Shown here one piece after another: positions 1 through 13,519 of a DNA stretch of 64,000 nt. The position numbers and the translations under genes were made by a program. How positions within the stretch are numbered: the first letter of the stretch is position 1; the number at the start of each line of letters is the position of its first letter. Below the pieces are notes generated by a model. That model saw only the letters and a list, made by a program, of their open reading frames with translations. It did no database searches and was not told where the DNA came from. Source of the stretch: Lama glama (taxonomy: Eukaryota); contig CM052817.1 of NCBI GenBank assembly GCA_028534125.1, positions 46,502,001 to 46,566,000 on the forward strand. Direction: 5' to 3'.

Positions 1-686
1 CCCCCTTTGTTGCTTGAACTCCTTTGATAGTGTCATTCTTGTTAATGTTCTGAATTGATGAAATAAAATTCATATTTTATGAGAAGGCAAGAAAAATTTA
101 AACATAAAATTTTTCTCTGCCTCCTACCCCAGTGTGCATTGTGCATTAATCAGACCTCCCCAAGGGCAGAAATACTTGCTCAACCATAAAGATCAATTTT
201 TCTTCTTCTGGTGCCAGCCGTGTAACTCCTTAAAAGGAGTTCTCAGTCTTGTAAGGGGTCACGATGACCCAGCAGTTGCCTTGTATACGCAGACATCTTT
301 GGTGAACTTCCTGTACAATGCCAATATATAGTTTCCTTTAGAGACAGCAACTGGTGCAGAATGGACAGGTTAGATGACCTGGGGAGATACCAGGCTGCAT
401 CTAACAGAAGCTCTTAGCTTAAATACTTACTTATGACCTTATTAATAATACTAGACACATTATTTATGTTCTGCCAATTTTACAAGATTATTGATTCTTG
501 CATTACCAAAAGTGTGACTGAGCCTTCGAAAAAGTCAACGATGATTAGGCGACTTTGAAAGATTGATCAAATATGTAGTCCTGTAAGATCATTGACTGTG
601 GCCTATCAGGAAAACCCTCGCCTGAACTGGGAATGAATGGTCTTAGTTCCATGGGAAAAATTGGTCACAAAATGTCTCCCAAACCT

Positions 687-1189
687 TGGTTGAAATTAAG
701 ACTGAAAGCGTGGAGACTGCAAAATAAAAGAATGTTGCCCACCATCCAGTTCCACAAGAACCAAGTCACCAGTCCCTGCGGTCGCTGACCGACCGGACAC
801 CCTGAAAGGAGTTTGGGGTGAAGATCAGTGTGAGGCACTCTGGGTTCTAGGAAAACTGGCAGAACTGATACTCAGATAGTCAGGTACTTTCAGGAGAAGA
901 TTTTATAAAACCAGTTTCTTGCATCTTCCTCTACTTGGAAAATCACTAAAACCATATTAACTAAGATATCTGTTCTTCATGAATAGCAGTAACCTTCTAC
1001 CAAGCTGTGGTCTTGATTGCACTTTCCCTTTTGTCAAAATCACATGCTTGCTGGCCGCCCCACCCCCCACCTGTTCAGAACAGTCCTCCGATCTTTCTGA
1101 AAGACTGTTTCTTGGGTTAAAATCCTCAGATTGGCTTGAGTAAAATTTTCCATTTCTTTCTCAGATTGACTGTTAATTTTTTGTCAACA
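687..1189 (+). mobile_element. Solo LTR, probably ERV1 class
   Basis: ~500 bp bounded by TG...CA (tggttgaa ... ttgtcaaca) with LTR-like composition; TSD degraded. Confidence 0.6.
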
Positions 1190-1491
1190 GAACTTTTATT
1201 ATACATGCATGTTTCTAAATGATAGATACGATACCATAATTTGGGGCTTTAACATTTACGTGAATGGCTTTGCACTGAACGTGTCTTTTTTTTTTTAATT
1301 ATTCAAAAGTATGTTTTAAAGACTTAACCCATGTTAATCCAAGTAGTTGGAGTTATTTCATTTTAACTCTGTACCATGGCATTGTTTACCACTTGAACTA
1401 CTGAGGGACAGTAGTTGTTTCCAGATCTTGCTGTTATGAACAGTGTTTCGCGAGCGTTCTCACACAACATTTCTTATGTACGTGGTTTGTC

Positions 1492-1991
1492 NNNNNNNNN
1501 NNNNNNNNNNNNNNNNNNNNNNNNNNNNNNNNNNNNNNNNNNNNNNNNNNNNNNNNNNNNNNNNNNNNNNNNNNNNNNNNNNNNNNNNNNNNNNNNNNNN
1601 NNNNNNNNNNNNNNNNNNNNNNNNNNNNNNNNNNNNNNNNNNNNNNNNNNNNNNNNNNNNNNNNNNNNNNNNNNNNNNNNNNNNNNNNNNNNNNNNNNNN
1701 NNNNNNNNNNNNNNNNNNNNNNNNNNNNNNNNNNNNNNNNNNNNNNNNNNNNNNNNNNNNNNNNNNNNNNNNNNNNNNNNNNNNNNNNNNNNNNNNNNNN
1801 NNNNNNNNNNNNNNNNNNNNNNNNNNNNNNNNNNNNNNNNNNNNNNNNNNNNNNNNNNNNNNNNNNNNNNNNNNNNNNNNNNNNNNNNNNNNNNNNNNNN
1901 NNNNNNNNNNNNNNNNNNNNNNNNNNNNNNNNNNNNNNNNNNNNNNNNNNNNNNNNNNNNNNNNNNNNNNNNNNNNNNNNNNNNNNNNNNN
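1492..1991. other. Assembly gap (500 N)
   Basis: Run of N. Confidence 1.
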
Positions 1992-2129
1992 ACTGAACCT
2001 TAGAAAAGTTTTGTAAAACTTTTATTTTACTTCTATCCTGAGTTTAAGCCTTGTTCCTCAATATCACACACACATTTCTCTTACCTATTCTAATATACCT
2101 TGATCTCTCTCTCTACCTATCTCTTTATC

Positions 2130-2390
2130 TCATAGAGAAACAATGCAGCATCATGATTAAGAAAACAAGACAGGATCTGAGCAAAACTGACATTTAGTTT
2201 TGAATCTCAGCTCTATAGCTTCCTAGGCATATCACAACAGGCACTTTATATAACTTCTCTTTCCCACAGTATTTTCATCTGTTAAATTTAGAAAATAATA
2301 GTAACTACCTCAAAGAGTTATAATAAAGACAGAACACTTAGCATAAGGCTTGGCACAGAGTAAGCACCCTCTGTTAGCTATCATTGTTAT
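2130..2390 (+). mobile_element. MIR SINE
   Basis: Degenerate MIR core (tttgaatctcagctcta ... ttcatctgttaaat ... ttggcacagagtaagcac). Confidence 0.65.
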
Positions 2391-2544
2391 TCTATAAAAT
2401 ATTTTAAAATTATAATATTATTTAAAAGTGCAGTTTTAAATTTCAATTTAAATTATATATAATAAGGATATCAAAAATAAATGCTCATAGCCTCAAAGTA
2501 CCTCCTCCAAATACTTAATTACCGTGCTGATTAGAACATAGGAC

Positions 2545-3185
2545 CACAAATTCTTTTATACTTTGACCCCAAGAGGTGGAGCTTAATTTCCACCTCTTAA
2601 GTATGAGATGAATCCAGTGACTTCTTTCGAACAAATAGGGTATGCAAAGGAAAATAGTCACTTTATAGTGGAACAACATGGCTGATACCACTTTAACCAG
2701 ATGACAAGGTTAACTTCCTCAGGAATAAGTAACATTGATACTATGTGCCCCCATATTGTGCAATAAGCAGGGCCTTTCTGTGATGGTTTTTAAAGCTTAT
2801 AACAGTCTATTAATGAGAAAACATCAAACAAATCCAAACTGAGAGACTGTCTACAGAATATCTAACCAATACTCATCAGAAGTGTCAAGGCCCAGAAAAC
2901 TGAGAAACAATCACAGATTGAGGTGCCTACAGAGATATGACAAGTAAATAGAATATGATTCTCGGTGGAATCCTGGAACAGAAGAAGGGTTGTAGTGGGA
3001 AAAAAGACTGCAGTTTAGTGTATAATGTTGTGCTAGTGTTAATGTCTAAGTTTTGATAAATGAACCATGGTTATAAAAAATGCTCACATTAGAGAAGCTG
3101 ATTAAAGGGCATATGGGAACACTGTGCAATCTTTGCAATTCCTCCAAAAATCCAAAATTATTTTAGAATAAAAAGTTTTAAAAGT
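2545..3185 (+). mobile_element. Old L1 (L1MC/MD-like) 3' end
   Basis: Resembles L1MC/MD 3'UTR, ending ...aaaattattttagaataaaaagtttta. Confidence 0.65.
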
Positions 3186-4867
3186 GAATGCCCATAATAT
3201 ACTATTGGACTATTGTTATGATGAATCAAGATCATTTATAGTTAGACAAACTATATATATAGATAGCCCACGCATGAGGAGATTATATATACTTATTTTT
3301 TTTAAGTTCAGGAACTCATATATTTGGAATTAAATTTACTGGGTATACCTTGCTGTGATTATTAACACAACATGAATTATCTAGAAAGATGTACCCCTTG
3401 GAGGATATTTAGCATTTAGCTAAGTTTATTCTAAGTGATAAGAGAGAGAATATAGACAAATGAAAATTGATTTTTCAATTTTTTCAATATTCTATTTAAG
3501 TATTATCTATGACTGAAAAATGAACCAGACACATTAAAATTACTTAATTATTAAATTTTCTTTTATTCCTAGCTGTTAAGGTGCTGAAGCTTTTATTTCT
3601 GCAAAAATGTTTATATGAATGTAGATATTACTGTTACTTTGGACTTGTATTCGTCCAAGCTGACAAAAAAATCAGTTAAGGACCCAGAAAATCTAAGTTA
3701 ACAACAAAGTACGATGCAGTCAACATTGATACTAGAATGTGTCAGAGAAAAAAACTAATCTACCTAGAAAATTCAAGTGGAATAATTTTATAAGATCACA
3801 GAATATTGTCTGAGAATCATAGAAACCCAATTTAAAAGACTTAAATTATTTACAAAAAAAAATTCACTTACAAACTTGTGCTTATATTTATATATTTTCA
3901 AATATCAACTTGGATAATTATAAATTACATAAGAAAATATAAGAAATTTAGAAAAATTTACCCATTTCAATCTTTGTGCAAAATTCAAAATTTTCACTAA
4001 TTACAGTTTTATACTTGTAACCTATTTTTGAATAGTTGTAATTCACTATCACCTCAGGGATAAAAAGCATATATAGTCAAATATTTTAAACTCAAACTGG
4101 TAAATTCAATAAGCTACATATGTCTTAATTAAAAATAGTAGAGAAAGAAATCTATCACACTTCTTTTTCTTCAGTCTGAAAGTTCTAGTGGTAAAAGACT
4201 CTCAAATGGAAAGGATTTTCAGTTTGTAATCTTAACCTGGAGTTTAATTTTTCTTCAAAGTGTGGCAACTGGAGTAGGTTTTATTCAGACTATCTTACCT
4301 TTAGCTAGAAATGGTTTCAAGCAAAAGGAAAAAAATCTTTTCAGTTTTAATATATAAAACTTGAAGGCTGCTAATGACTACTATTTTTTGGCATGATGTT
4401 AGTTTTAACGTATTTGTTTATTACCTCTAATCAAGCTTACACTAACCAAGTTAACACTAACCAAGCTACTATTTCTGAGTCAGATCCTTTCCTACTTTTC
4501 CTTATCAGAATGTTTCTGTAGACAAGAAAAGGAGTTATGCTGAAAAGCAGGACCATGTGTTAGTTTAAAATAGAGTTCACATTCATAGTAACAACTCCAG
4601 GTTGTTTTCCATAATTATATTTAGATATATTGCTTTTTCTTCACTAAATTTCATGTGTTTTATAAAACAAAAATTTAATAAGTGAGAAAATATTTAATTT
4701 TCAGCTCAGAGGGAATCTTTTCTGATAGAAAATTGTTTTATGATCCAATTCTCTGGGCATTAATTTTTTAACTCGAGTATGCAGTTGCTTAGATCACATT
4801 TTTCAAAAGTTGGTTTTCTCAAAAGTCTCCATCTTACCTCTAAGAGCAAGATCAGTTAACATCTGCT

Positions 4868-5661
4868 GTGGGGGTAGGGAATAGCTCAATGGTAGAGCAC
4901 ATGCCTACCATGCATGAGGTCCTGGGTTCAATCCCCAGCACCTCCATCAAAAAAAAAGTAAATATATCCAGAGGGAACCTTAATTCAAAAAGACACCTGC
5001 ACCCCAATGTTCATAGCAGCACCATTTACAATAGCCAAGATGTGAAAACAACCTAAATGTCCATCAACAGATGACTGGATAAAGAAGTTGTGGTATATTT
5101 ATATAATGGAATACTACTCAGCCATAAAAAATAATAAAATAATGCCATTTGCAGCAGCATGGATGAATCTGGAGAATGTCATTCTAAGTGAAGTAATCCA
5201 GAAAGAAAGAAAAATAGCACATGATATCACTTATATGTGGAATCTAAAAAAAGAAAGACAACAAACTTATTTACAAAACAGAAACAAACTCAGGTATAGA
5301 AAACAAACTTATGGTTACGAGGGAGTAAAGAGGTGGGTAGGGATAAATTGGGAGTTTAAGGTTTGCAGATACTAACTACTGTATATAAAATAGATAAACA
5401 ACAAGTTTGTACTGTATAGCACAGGGAACCATATTCAATATCTTGCAGTAACCTATGGTGAAGAAGAATATGAGAATGAATATATGTGTGTTCCTATGTG
5501 ACTGAAGCATTGTGCTGTACACCAGAAATTGACACAACATTGTAAACTGTATTTCTATAAAAATATATTTTTTAAAAAGTAAATAATTAAGTAAACCTAA
5601 TTACCTCTCCTCTGCAAAAATAAATAAATGAATGAATAAATAAATATATAAAAAAAGAAAA
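4868..5661 (+). mobile_element. Vic-1-like tRNA-derived SINE interrupted by an L1
   Basis: A-box tagctcaatgg and B-box ggttcaatcc; tail aaacctaattacc resumes after 5585; TSD aa(c/t)atctgct at 4858-4867 and 5662-5671. Confidence 0.88.
4965..5573 (+). mobile_element. 5'-truncated lineage-specific L1 (ORF2 C-terminus + 3'UTR)
   Basis: Translates as WYIYIMEYYSAIKNNKIMPFAAAWMNLE (L1 ORF2 end); 12-bp TSD aaaaagtaaata at 4953-4964 and 5574-5585. Confidence 0.92.
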
Positions 5662-6689
5662 AATATCTGCTCTGATAGCAGACCCAAAGGAGATGAGGAG
5701 AGTGAGTTAACCAAACTTTCAATTTACTAAAAAAAAAATATATATATATATATATAAAAATATATATATATCAATGCCTTGTTGATATCTTGATTACCCC
5801 TGGAGGGTAAATTCACTGTCTTAAAATTCCCTGGCCTCCCCTTCCTTGGCCATGAAGCATATATAAGAAACAGTGGTTCTAAGAAATTTCAGTGCACTTG
5901 GGGTTGATACTCAGGAATATCATTTTCATATAATGCATGAAATTATTTAATGTTTATATACTCTTAACATAATAAGAGATTGTTGTCTTTTCCTTATTCA
6001 GCATATTTATTGCTGAAAACCACCTGCTTTCATCAAACTGCGGGATTTGTTGGATACTACATTGAATGTTAACATCCAGAAATGTGGTTTTATGATGTCA
6101 GTACACACAGCATTTTTCCCCTTTATAAATCTGCTCATAAATTTCATAGCAATTGAGTGTACTTGTGTGTGCATGTGTGTGAGTGAGTGTGTGCATGTTG
6201 GAGGGTGATATTTAATCGGAACCAAATGTCTGAACAGGAATTGAGATCTTAGCCCAGTCACAGATCGACACTTACCTTTCCTTTCTGGATGGCTGTTTTC
6301 ACCCAGAGTTCAAAAGAGAAAACCCACTCCAAAGGAGAGTGCTGGGCAGCTCCTTAAATGTAACATTGTTGTCTTTTATCTGAGAACTAATTTTTTAGCA
6401 ATGGAGTCCACACTGAGAATCTGGTTAACCAGAATTGCCCACAGACGTTGGGAAATAACCATTTTGGTCAGCAGGCAATTTTGGGATTCTCTCATTTGTG
6501 GCTTTGTAAGTCAGCTCATTCCAAAAAAAAAAAAATTATACAACCCCTCCATAACCATTTAATGCTCTGGTCAGATTAATACCTTATTCTATACAGATAA
6601 AAAAGGCTGAGAGGACAGCTGCTCATCTTTTACTTCTCACAATCTGTGGATCAGAATCTTCGTTCATTGGAATATAAAGTCCTCTAACA

Positions 6690-7300
6690 TTGCTTCTATA
6701 GCTTATTTTAAAAATCCTTCTCTAACTCAAGGTCATAAATACATTTATATTTTCTTCTAAAAGTTTCAAAGATTGCATTTGGCATTCTTTTTTGTGAATG
6801 CTGTGAGGTGAGGAACCACTTTTGTTTTAAACAAATAGATAACTTTTTTCATCTTCCTTTCCTCACTGGTGTACAAAGCTGTCGTCTTTGTAATGTGTCC
6901 GTGTTCCATATTTATAGGTGTCAATTTCTGAGTTCTCTTCTCTGTTCTATTGATCTATTTGTCTCTCACTGTATTTGTCAATACCACACTGTCTTAATTA
7001 TTATAAATTTGTCATAATTCTGAGACTCTGTTTAGCAAGTCTCCCCTCTTTATTCTTTTTTTTAAAAAATAAGGGTCTTGGCTATCCTCGGCCCTTTTCC
7101 ATTATCAGTTTTAGATTCAACTTGTCAAGTTCCATGGAAATCACAATTAAAAGTTTGGTTGAATTGTAAATCAACTATACTTCAATAAAAAATTAATAAA
7201 TTTCAAAAAGTTTTGGTTTAGACATCTTCAAACCTATAAATCAATTTGAGGAAAGCATATCTTTAGGATTTGAAATCTTTTATATCACTTAGGATTTTAT
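6690..7300 (-). mobile_element. Degenerate old L1 ORF2 fragment
   Basis: Antisense L1-like text (ctgttctattgatctatttgtct ... taccacactgtcttaattattata). Confidence 0.6.
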
Positions 7301-7685
7301 CTTTAAAATAATTACCATTTATTGATTGCTTTTTATGGGTCATTGTATCATGTTACATAATTTTTATAATAACTCTATGTTGTAGACAATATATACAATT
7401 TTCAAGAGTGAAGAATTCTTGGATAATTTGCCCCAACCCACAAGGCTAAGCAGTGCATGAACAGGGATTCACTACTGTGTCAATCTTGGTCCAGGCTCAT
7501 GCTCTTAACAATTTTTCAATACACCTTTTCCACATTTTGTGAGAACTTCTAGCTAAGACCTGTATTATGAAGTGTGGCAGTGGAAATTTCCCTGGAAAGA
7601 AGAAATATGCACTATCCCCTCTAACTACCGTGAGAACATAGCATTGCTTCGCTAAAGTATTTTTTACTGATTTTTAAAAATAGTC

Positions 7686-8136
7686 TGTATTCTTTTGCTA
7701 AGACTTCTGTAACTAAGTACCATAAACTGGGTGACTTAATTTATTGCCTCACAGTTCCAGTGGTTAGAAGTACAAGATCAAGGTGTCAGCAATATTTGTT
7801 CCTTCTGAGGGCTATGAGCGAGGATCTGTTCCATAATTTTTGCTTAGATTTTGACAGTTTGACATTTTTTGGCTTGTGGAAGCAACACCTCCATTTCTTC
7901 CTTCATGTTCACTTAGCATTTCTCCCATGTATATCTCTGTTTCTCTGTCCAAATTTTCCCCTTTTATAGGGAAAGCAGTTACATTGGATTAAGTGCCACC
8001 TTACTCCAGTATGACTTTATCTTAACTAACTATGTTTGTAGGGACCCTGTATCCAAATGAATTCATACTCTGAGGTATTCGAGGTTAGGACTTCAATATA
8101 TGGATTGGGAAGGAATGGCCACAATTCAACCCATTT
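7686..8136 (-). mobile_element. MaLR solo LTR (MLT1B/C-like)
   Basis: Reverse complement starts atgggttgaattgtg...atatattgaagtcctaacc, typical of MLT1. Confidence 0.85.
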
Positions 8137-9574
8137 TGTTGTCCTTGTAGAAAATTGGTGCTACTTAGAAAAAAGTTTTGAAAGTAAATATAACTTTGTA
8201 AAATTATGCTAATTATTATATTTTTCACAAGTGGAAGAAGGCAGTGGCAAATTATCAATAAATAGAGCAATCACTGGGGAAAAGTTTTAAAGAAGTCAGT
8301 GTTGCACAATTATTTCCTATGGAGTCACTCATTGTACCTCAATCCTTGTCCTCTAAGTGATGTATGAGACCAGGAAAGGCCCATGAGTCAAAAGGAGAAG
8401 CTCTCTTCTCTACACTCCAGTCATGCTGTTTATTTGTATCTGTCCCTTCTGAGTCTCAAAGAGCTTTCATACAAATGACTGTTCATCCTTGTATCCTAGC
8501 ACCTGGCACAGTGCTCAGTATCAAGTGCTCAATGAATATCACTTCTTTCCTCTCACCAAGAGCACCCTAAGAAGAGTGCATGAACTAATTTGAAGTGTGC
8601 TAACCTCAGCCACGCAGACTCCACTTATCACTTGGAGAAGTGAAGTGGTGAGGACAATAGAAACCTATACTATTTGAGTTAGATAAAACACAGTTTATCA
8701 ACAAAATGTTACATGCCACCATTGTTTCTAACCATCTATTGACAGGTTTCTTTTTTGGGAGAAAGGGGGATTAAGGTGAAAAAATTTCTTCCAGTAGATA
8801 AATGTACACACACACACACACATCTCTATCTACCTATCTATCTATCTATCTTCAAGACACTAGCCAAGTGGAGTCTCTGATAATAAATACATGTTGTTGT
8901 ATCTGGGTCAACCCTTCAGGGAGAGTGGAACAATCAATTAATCAACTAAAAGAAGAGATACTCGGTTTGCTAAGGTTAGCTTAATTGATCCATAAGGCAT
9001 ATTTTTAAAAGTTTTTAGCAATATTTTCTATTTGTGATCACTTTCATTGTTCTTACCTTCACTCGCTCTCTGATATCCAAGTATTTAAAAGTTATTACAC
9101 AGCCATTATCCAAATCTAACATCTAGGTGATTAAACTGTGTCAAAAGAAGGAGATAAAGAAATCATAGTGAAGGAAACAGAGCAGACCTGGCTTAACTAG
9201 GGTGAAGATGCCAACACGATGACTTAGAGACACATCTCACATACATGCCACAAATGACAAGACTTCCCAGAAAATTCATAAGAAGTAGAACTGTCCTTTC
9301 AACTAATTCTGTTAGCCTACTCAGGAGCACATCTTCTCTTTGATTGTTTTTGGCCAATCAACTTACTTTAAGGGGAAAAAAAAGGAGAAAACAACAAGAG
9401 TTTGTTGACTGCAGTTGCTCCGCATCCTTACCTAGACTTGGAATTGTCTGTCTTTTTAATTTTAGCCATTCTGATGGCTGGGCTTATTGTTCACCTGCAC
9501 AGTTGCATTGGTACTTAGATGGATCTCCAATTGCTTAGTTTCTGAATCTTTATATTTCAGAGAACTATTGTTAT

Positions 9575-9710
9575 TTTTGTTCTTTTTCTTTTTTCTTCTT
9601 CTTCTTCTTCTTCTTCTTCTTTTTTTTTTTTTTAGTGGAGGTATTGGAGATTGAATCCAGGACTTCATGCATGTAAGCATGCACTCTTCCACTGAGCTAC
9701 ACCCTCCTCC
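9575..9710 (-). mobile_element. Vic-1-like SINE with (GAA)n/A tail
   Basis: gaggtattggagattgaatccagg...ccactgagctacaccc. Confidence 0.85.
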
Positions 9711-11034
9711 CTACTGCTATTGATTTTCATTCTACTCCTCTATTAAGTTCCACTTGCCCCTTGGGTCAGAAATGTTGTTAATTTTGTGTCTTTCTGGAAT
9801 AGAATATTAGTTATCGTCCATTCTTCCTCCAATTTCTTTGCCATCACTGATGAATAAGGGGGCTACTTCCTAAAGTAGCAGTTTGGTTATGGATCAGTGA
9901 TGCAAATTTTAGTAACTCTGGTCACCTGAATATGTTCTTTGGAAATGATCTGCTAGGATAATTCCTTGCACTTAGCCAGGGCTACCACACATAGGGTGGC
10001 AGAAATGCTGTATTTTCTTACTCGTTTGCCCTGAGGCTTATCAAGATAAGAGGCTCATCCAGGTGGTTGTCGATTCTGTTGACTTTGTAACAATGGGTAG
10101 CTTCCCTCTTTTCTTCTTTCGCCCCAGGCCCTACAAAATTTGTGTTATTCCAGAGTGTAGAATTTAGTCATATGTTCACTAAATGCACTCAGCTTTGTTT
10201 CCAGAAGGACCCAAATTTATTTTTTTTTCAAAAATATCAGATATCAATAAAACCTTTACTTGGAAGATATTAAAATCCCCTGCATTTAAATTTTTTTCTC
10301 CAGGATTGAAAGATGCTCAGGAATAGGTTCCCGAAATCTTTAACTATCCTAGTTCTGCTTTTTCTTATCATCCAACTGATTCCTAATTCTGTACGCCTTG
10401 ATTTCAGACTGACAAATGCAAATTCTGCATTTTAGCCAGAGTTAGCAAAAAAGAATTCCAGCGAATGAGGAAGTGTAGGTGTTGCTCATGGTTGTATAAC
10501 TTGTTTTCAGGACCGCAAGGCAATAACATGTACTAATTATCAAATCATTGCAGACTAAGTTCTGTTCTGTTCCAACAATATTTTACCCACAATCAGCTTT
10601 ATTACTGCAGTAAACACAGGCTGCATTCTCGTAAAAGATTCAAGCCACGAGACAGGAAGGTTTATTTTAGCAGGCTGACACATGTCACTATTCGCAAGCA
10701 AGAGACAAATGATTTGCAACTTTCAGATTTCCATTTCTTCAGATTATTTTCTCAAGAATAAGTTACTACATGATTATTAACAACCCTCCCAATTCTGCAT
10801 TTTCATGATTCAGTGCTTGACAAACCGTAAAGAATGCGAACATATGTTTTGTTTATTCTATATATTTTATAGTCTTCATAACTTTTGGCATAAGTCATGG
10901 GCTCTTAATGTATTTCATGTTAGTTTTTGTTTTTAAGAAAATAATTATTTAGACTTAACATCTGCAGAATTAGAGACTGAAAATTCTCTTTAAAAATAAC
11001 ATTTAAAGTCCTTATACATTTTGTGTGTGTATTG

Positions 11035-11147
11035 TGGGGGTAACTTATGTATTTTACTTATTTACTTTTAGACGAGGTACTGGGGATTGAACCCAGGACC
11101 TCATGCATCCTAAGCACAGACTCTACCACTGAGCTATCCCCTCCTCC
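11035..11147 (-). mobile_element. Vic-1-like SINE
   Basis: gaggtactggggattgaacccagg...ccactgagctatccc. Confidence 0.88.
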
Positions 11148-11524
11148 AGAGTTAATACTTCTTAAAGTGATCTAGTAAGACAAAGAATATCAGTAGATAA
11201 TCACCACCACAATCATCACCACAACAATAACGGTAAAATAAGATCTTGACCTGTCTACAATACATTAGCATTGCTAATAGTTTCACGAATTCCTAGTGAA
11301 AATCCATCATAATTATTTCCAGTACTTTTCCATAGATACTAGTTGTAGATTGTTGAGTATGATTATGCTCTAGTTAAACAAAATACTAGTCCTTTCAGTT
11401 GATAAAAATATAATGTTCTCAGAGAGTGGAGATGAGAGAGAGAAAGAGAAAGAGAGGAAAACGTATTGAAAACAAAATATTTTATTTACCAGAATTCCCC
11501 ATAAAAGTAAAATTATAATTTTTT

Positions 11525-11604
11525 TCTTTTTTTAATATGGCATTCTTTTTTATTGAAGTATATTCAGCTTACAATGTTGTGTCAATTCCTGGTGTACAGC
11601 ATAA
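11525..11604 (-). mobile_element. Very short L1 3'-end insertion
   Basis: tttattgaagtatattcagcttacaatgttgtgtcaattcctggtgtacagc, flanked by taaaatt(a/g)taattttt on both sides. Confidence 0.75.
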
Positions 11605-13519
11605 TAAAATTGTAATTTTTGACAAAAATACTGTAATGGGCAAATAGGAGAATAGACGAGTTTTCCAAAGTGTGCTAAATGTGAGTGGAATTATTACGTG
11701 TGAGAAAGCAGAAAAACTTGGGAAAAGAGAGGAAGAGAAAGAGAATAGAAGAAATGAATCAGAGATGTAGAGGACCATTGATTGTCAGCGGGCCCCTTTC
11801 CTCCCTAACTCGTATGATGACAGGTTTCTAAATGAACAGACAGCATGGACTTTGGGGTATGTGTTTGGGGATGTTACCTGGTGAGGATTTGGGATTGGAG
11901 CACTGATGATCACAGCAGAATAAGTAAGTTCTAGAATCTCACTGGATAAGTGCAACAGATTCTGGACTGTAACAAAGCCTTGGACATTGTACTTAAGTCA
12001 AGTTTAACCAGATCCTCAAGGGCAGGAGGGCTCAAGCTAGGTTATAAAGATAATGGCTACAGTACTGCATCCTTACTCAGAAATGGTGGTTGTCTACAAG
12101 GATTTAAAGTCGCACAGCATTTGCCAACGTCTATGGGAAACAGCACATCTGACTGCACTTACTTCCAATAATAATACCTATGATGACTTTCTACCCAATA
12201 CTTTTTAAGGAAAAGAACTGCATCTTACTCACTCAGATACATTACCTGAAGTTTCCAGCACAGAGATTAGTAGATGTTTGCTACTGAATTCTTGTGAAAT
12301 TGGTTGAGTGACCTGACAAGATCTTGTAATATAATGGAGAGACAGGATTGGTGTGGGGACCAGAAAGCCTAAGTTCAAACTTTGGCTTGAAATAAACTTA
12401 AGCAAGTTTCTTAGATTTTCTGAGTTTTAGTCTTACCGATTTCAAAATGAGATAATATTTCCTTTCTCAAAGTGTACTAGAGTGAAAGACTGTAAAAGCA
12501 TGAATGCAATGTATGTGTTTAATTTATACTATTTTAATTGCCAGGCCTTCAAAGGATGTAAGCCTTTTACATTAAAATTCAGTAGGGTAAGGACTGTCTT
12601 TCTTCTATTTAGAACAATATTTTTGCTTAATTTTGCATGTACCATGGACCCCTGTGAAAAGAGAGTCCATGAAACATTTATGTGAAGTTTCGGTTATAGT
12701 TTTTAGTATATCTATATACAACTTTTAGTGGCAATGCTGTCTCTGAATGGTGAAATAACTACAAAGGCAGATAGTTCTTTTTCTGTGTAAAATGAAACAC
12801 AAGAATTGCTACCCTTCAGAAGAGCAAATAGTTACTCTGAAAGTAAGGAAACATTTCATTAAAATTGTCTTTGTCGCTAACTCTTTGTAGTAATATAGTA
12901 TTTGCATAAAATATCTGGTATTATTTGCTTACCATTTTCACAGAAGTTCAGAATTCAGAAACAACTTCATGGTTACTATCAGTAGTATACCCCTCAGTGG
13001 CCGGGACCGCCCTAAGCTTCTAGGGGAAAAACAAGGATAGAAGTTGCTCAGCATTGCAGAATCTTGGGAAGTTTTAAAGACCTCATGATGACTGTTGCAA
13101 CATGGAGTTAAGAAATGGTACATTCTAAGCCCAAATCAAAACTGTAAAGTTTTTCAAACATTTATATAGGTTAAAATCTTTTTACTATGGCAGTATTTTT
13201 TCCTATACTCTCTTCCATATGGTAAGAGTCCACATCAGTGATTCCTGGCAGGGGGATTTCAGGAGAGGAAAAGAAAATTGAGCCTCTTCAGAGAGCTTAG
13301 TTAGTAATTGTGTATTTTTCTTATGAGTCTTTGGTCCTTCCTTGTAGATAAAGCAAGCACCCATGAGCAAGAGAACAGTCCCCACGTGGGTCTAGGAATT
13401 CCTTGCATTTTGACTCTCAAGATTTTGCTGCCTCATAAAAATATATTTTTCTTAAAGTTAAACATTAGGTAATATAAATCCTACAGATCAATTGGGGAAA
13501 GATCTAATATTACAAGTTT

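Noticed and set aside
1415..2003. 193-aa and 186-aa ORFs (also 50195-50815)
   Set aside because: Artefacts of translating through 500-N gaps
4870..4945. tRNA-like sequence with A and B boxes (also the five other copies)
   Set aside because: SINE heads, most with A-rich tails and TSDs; not tRNA genes
6270..6365. Minus-strand AAG|gtaagt donor as a possible chemokine paralogue exon
   Set aside because: Stops in all frames upstream; no signal peptide or CXC motif
9057..9122. 66-nt minus-strand exon-like unit (MLDLDNGCVITFKYLDIRERVK|gtaag)
   Set aside because: No recognisable protein and no partner exons; may be cryptic or non-coding
10022..10130. Open exon-like segment containing NFVGPG, considered as a pseudogene or parvoviral PLA2 remnant
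   Set aside because: Weak acceptor, stops on both sides and no other PLA2 motif; TBLASTX would settle it
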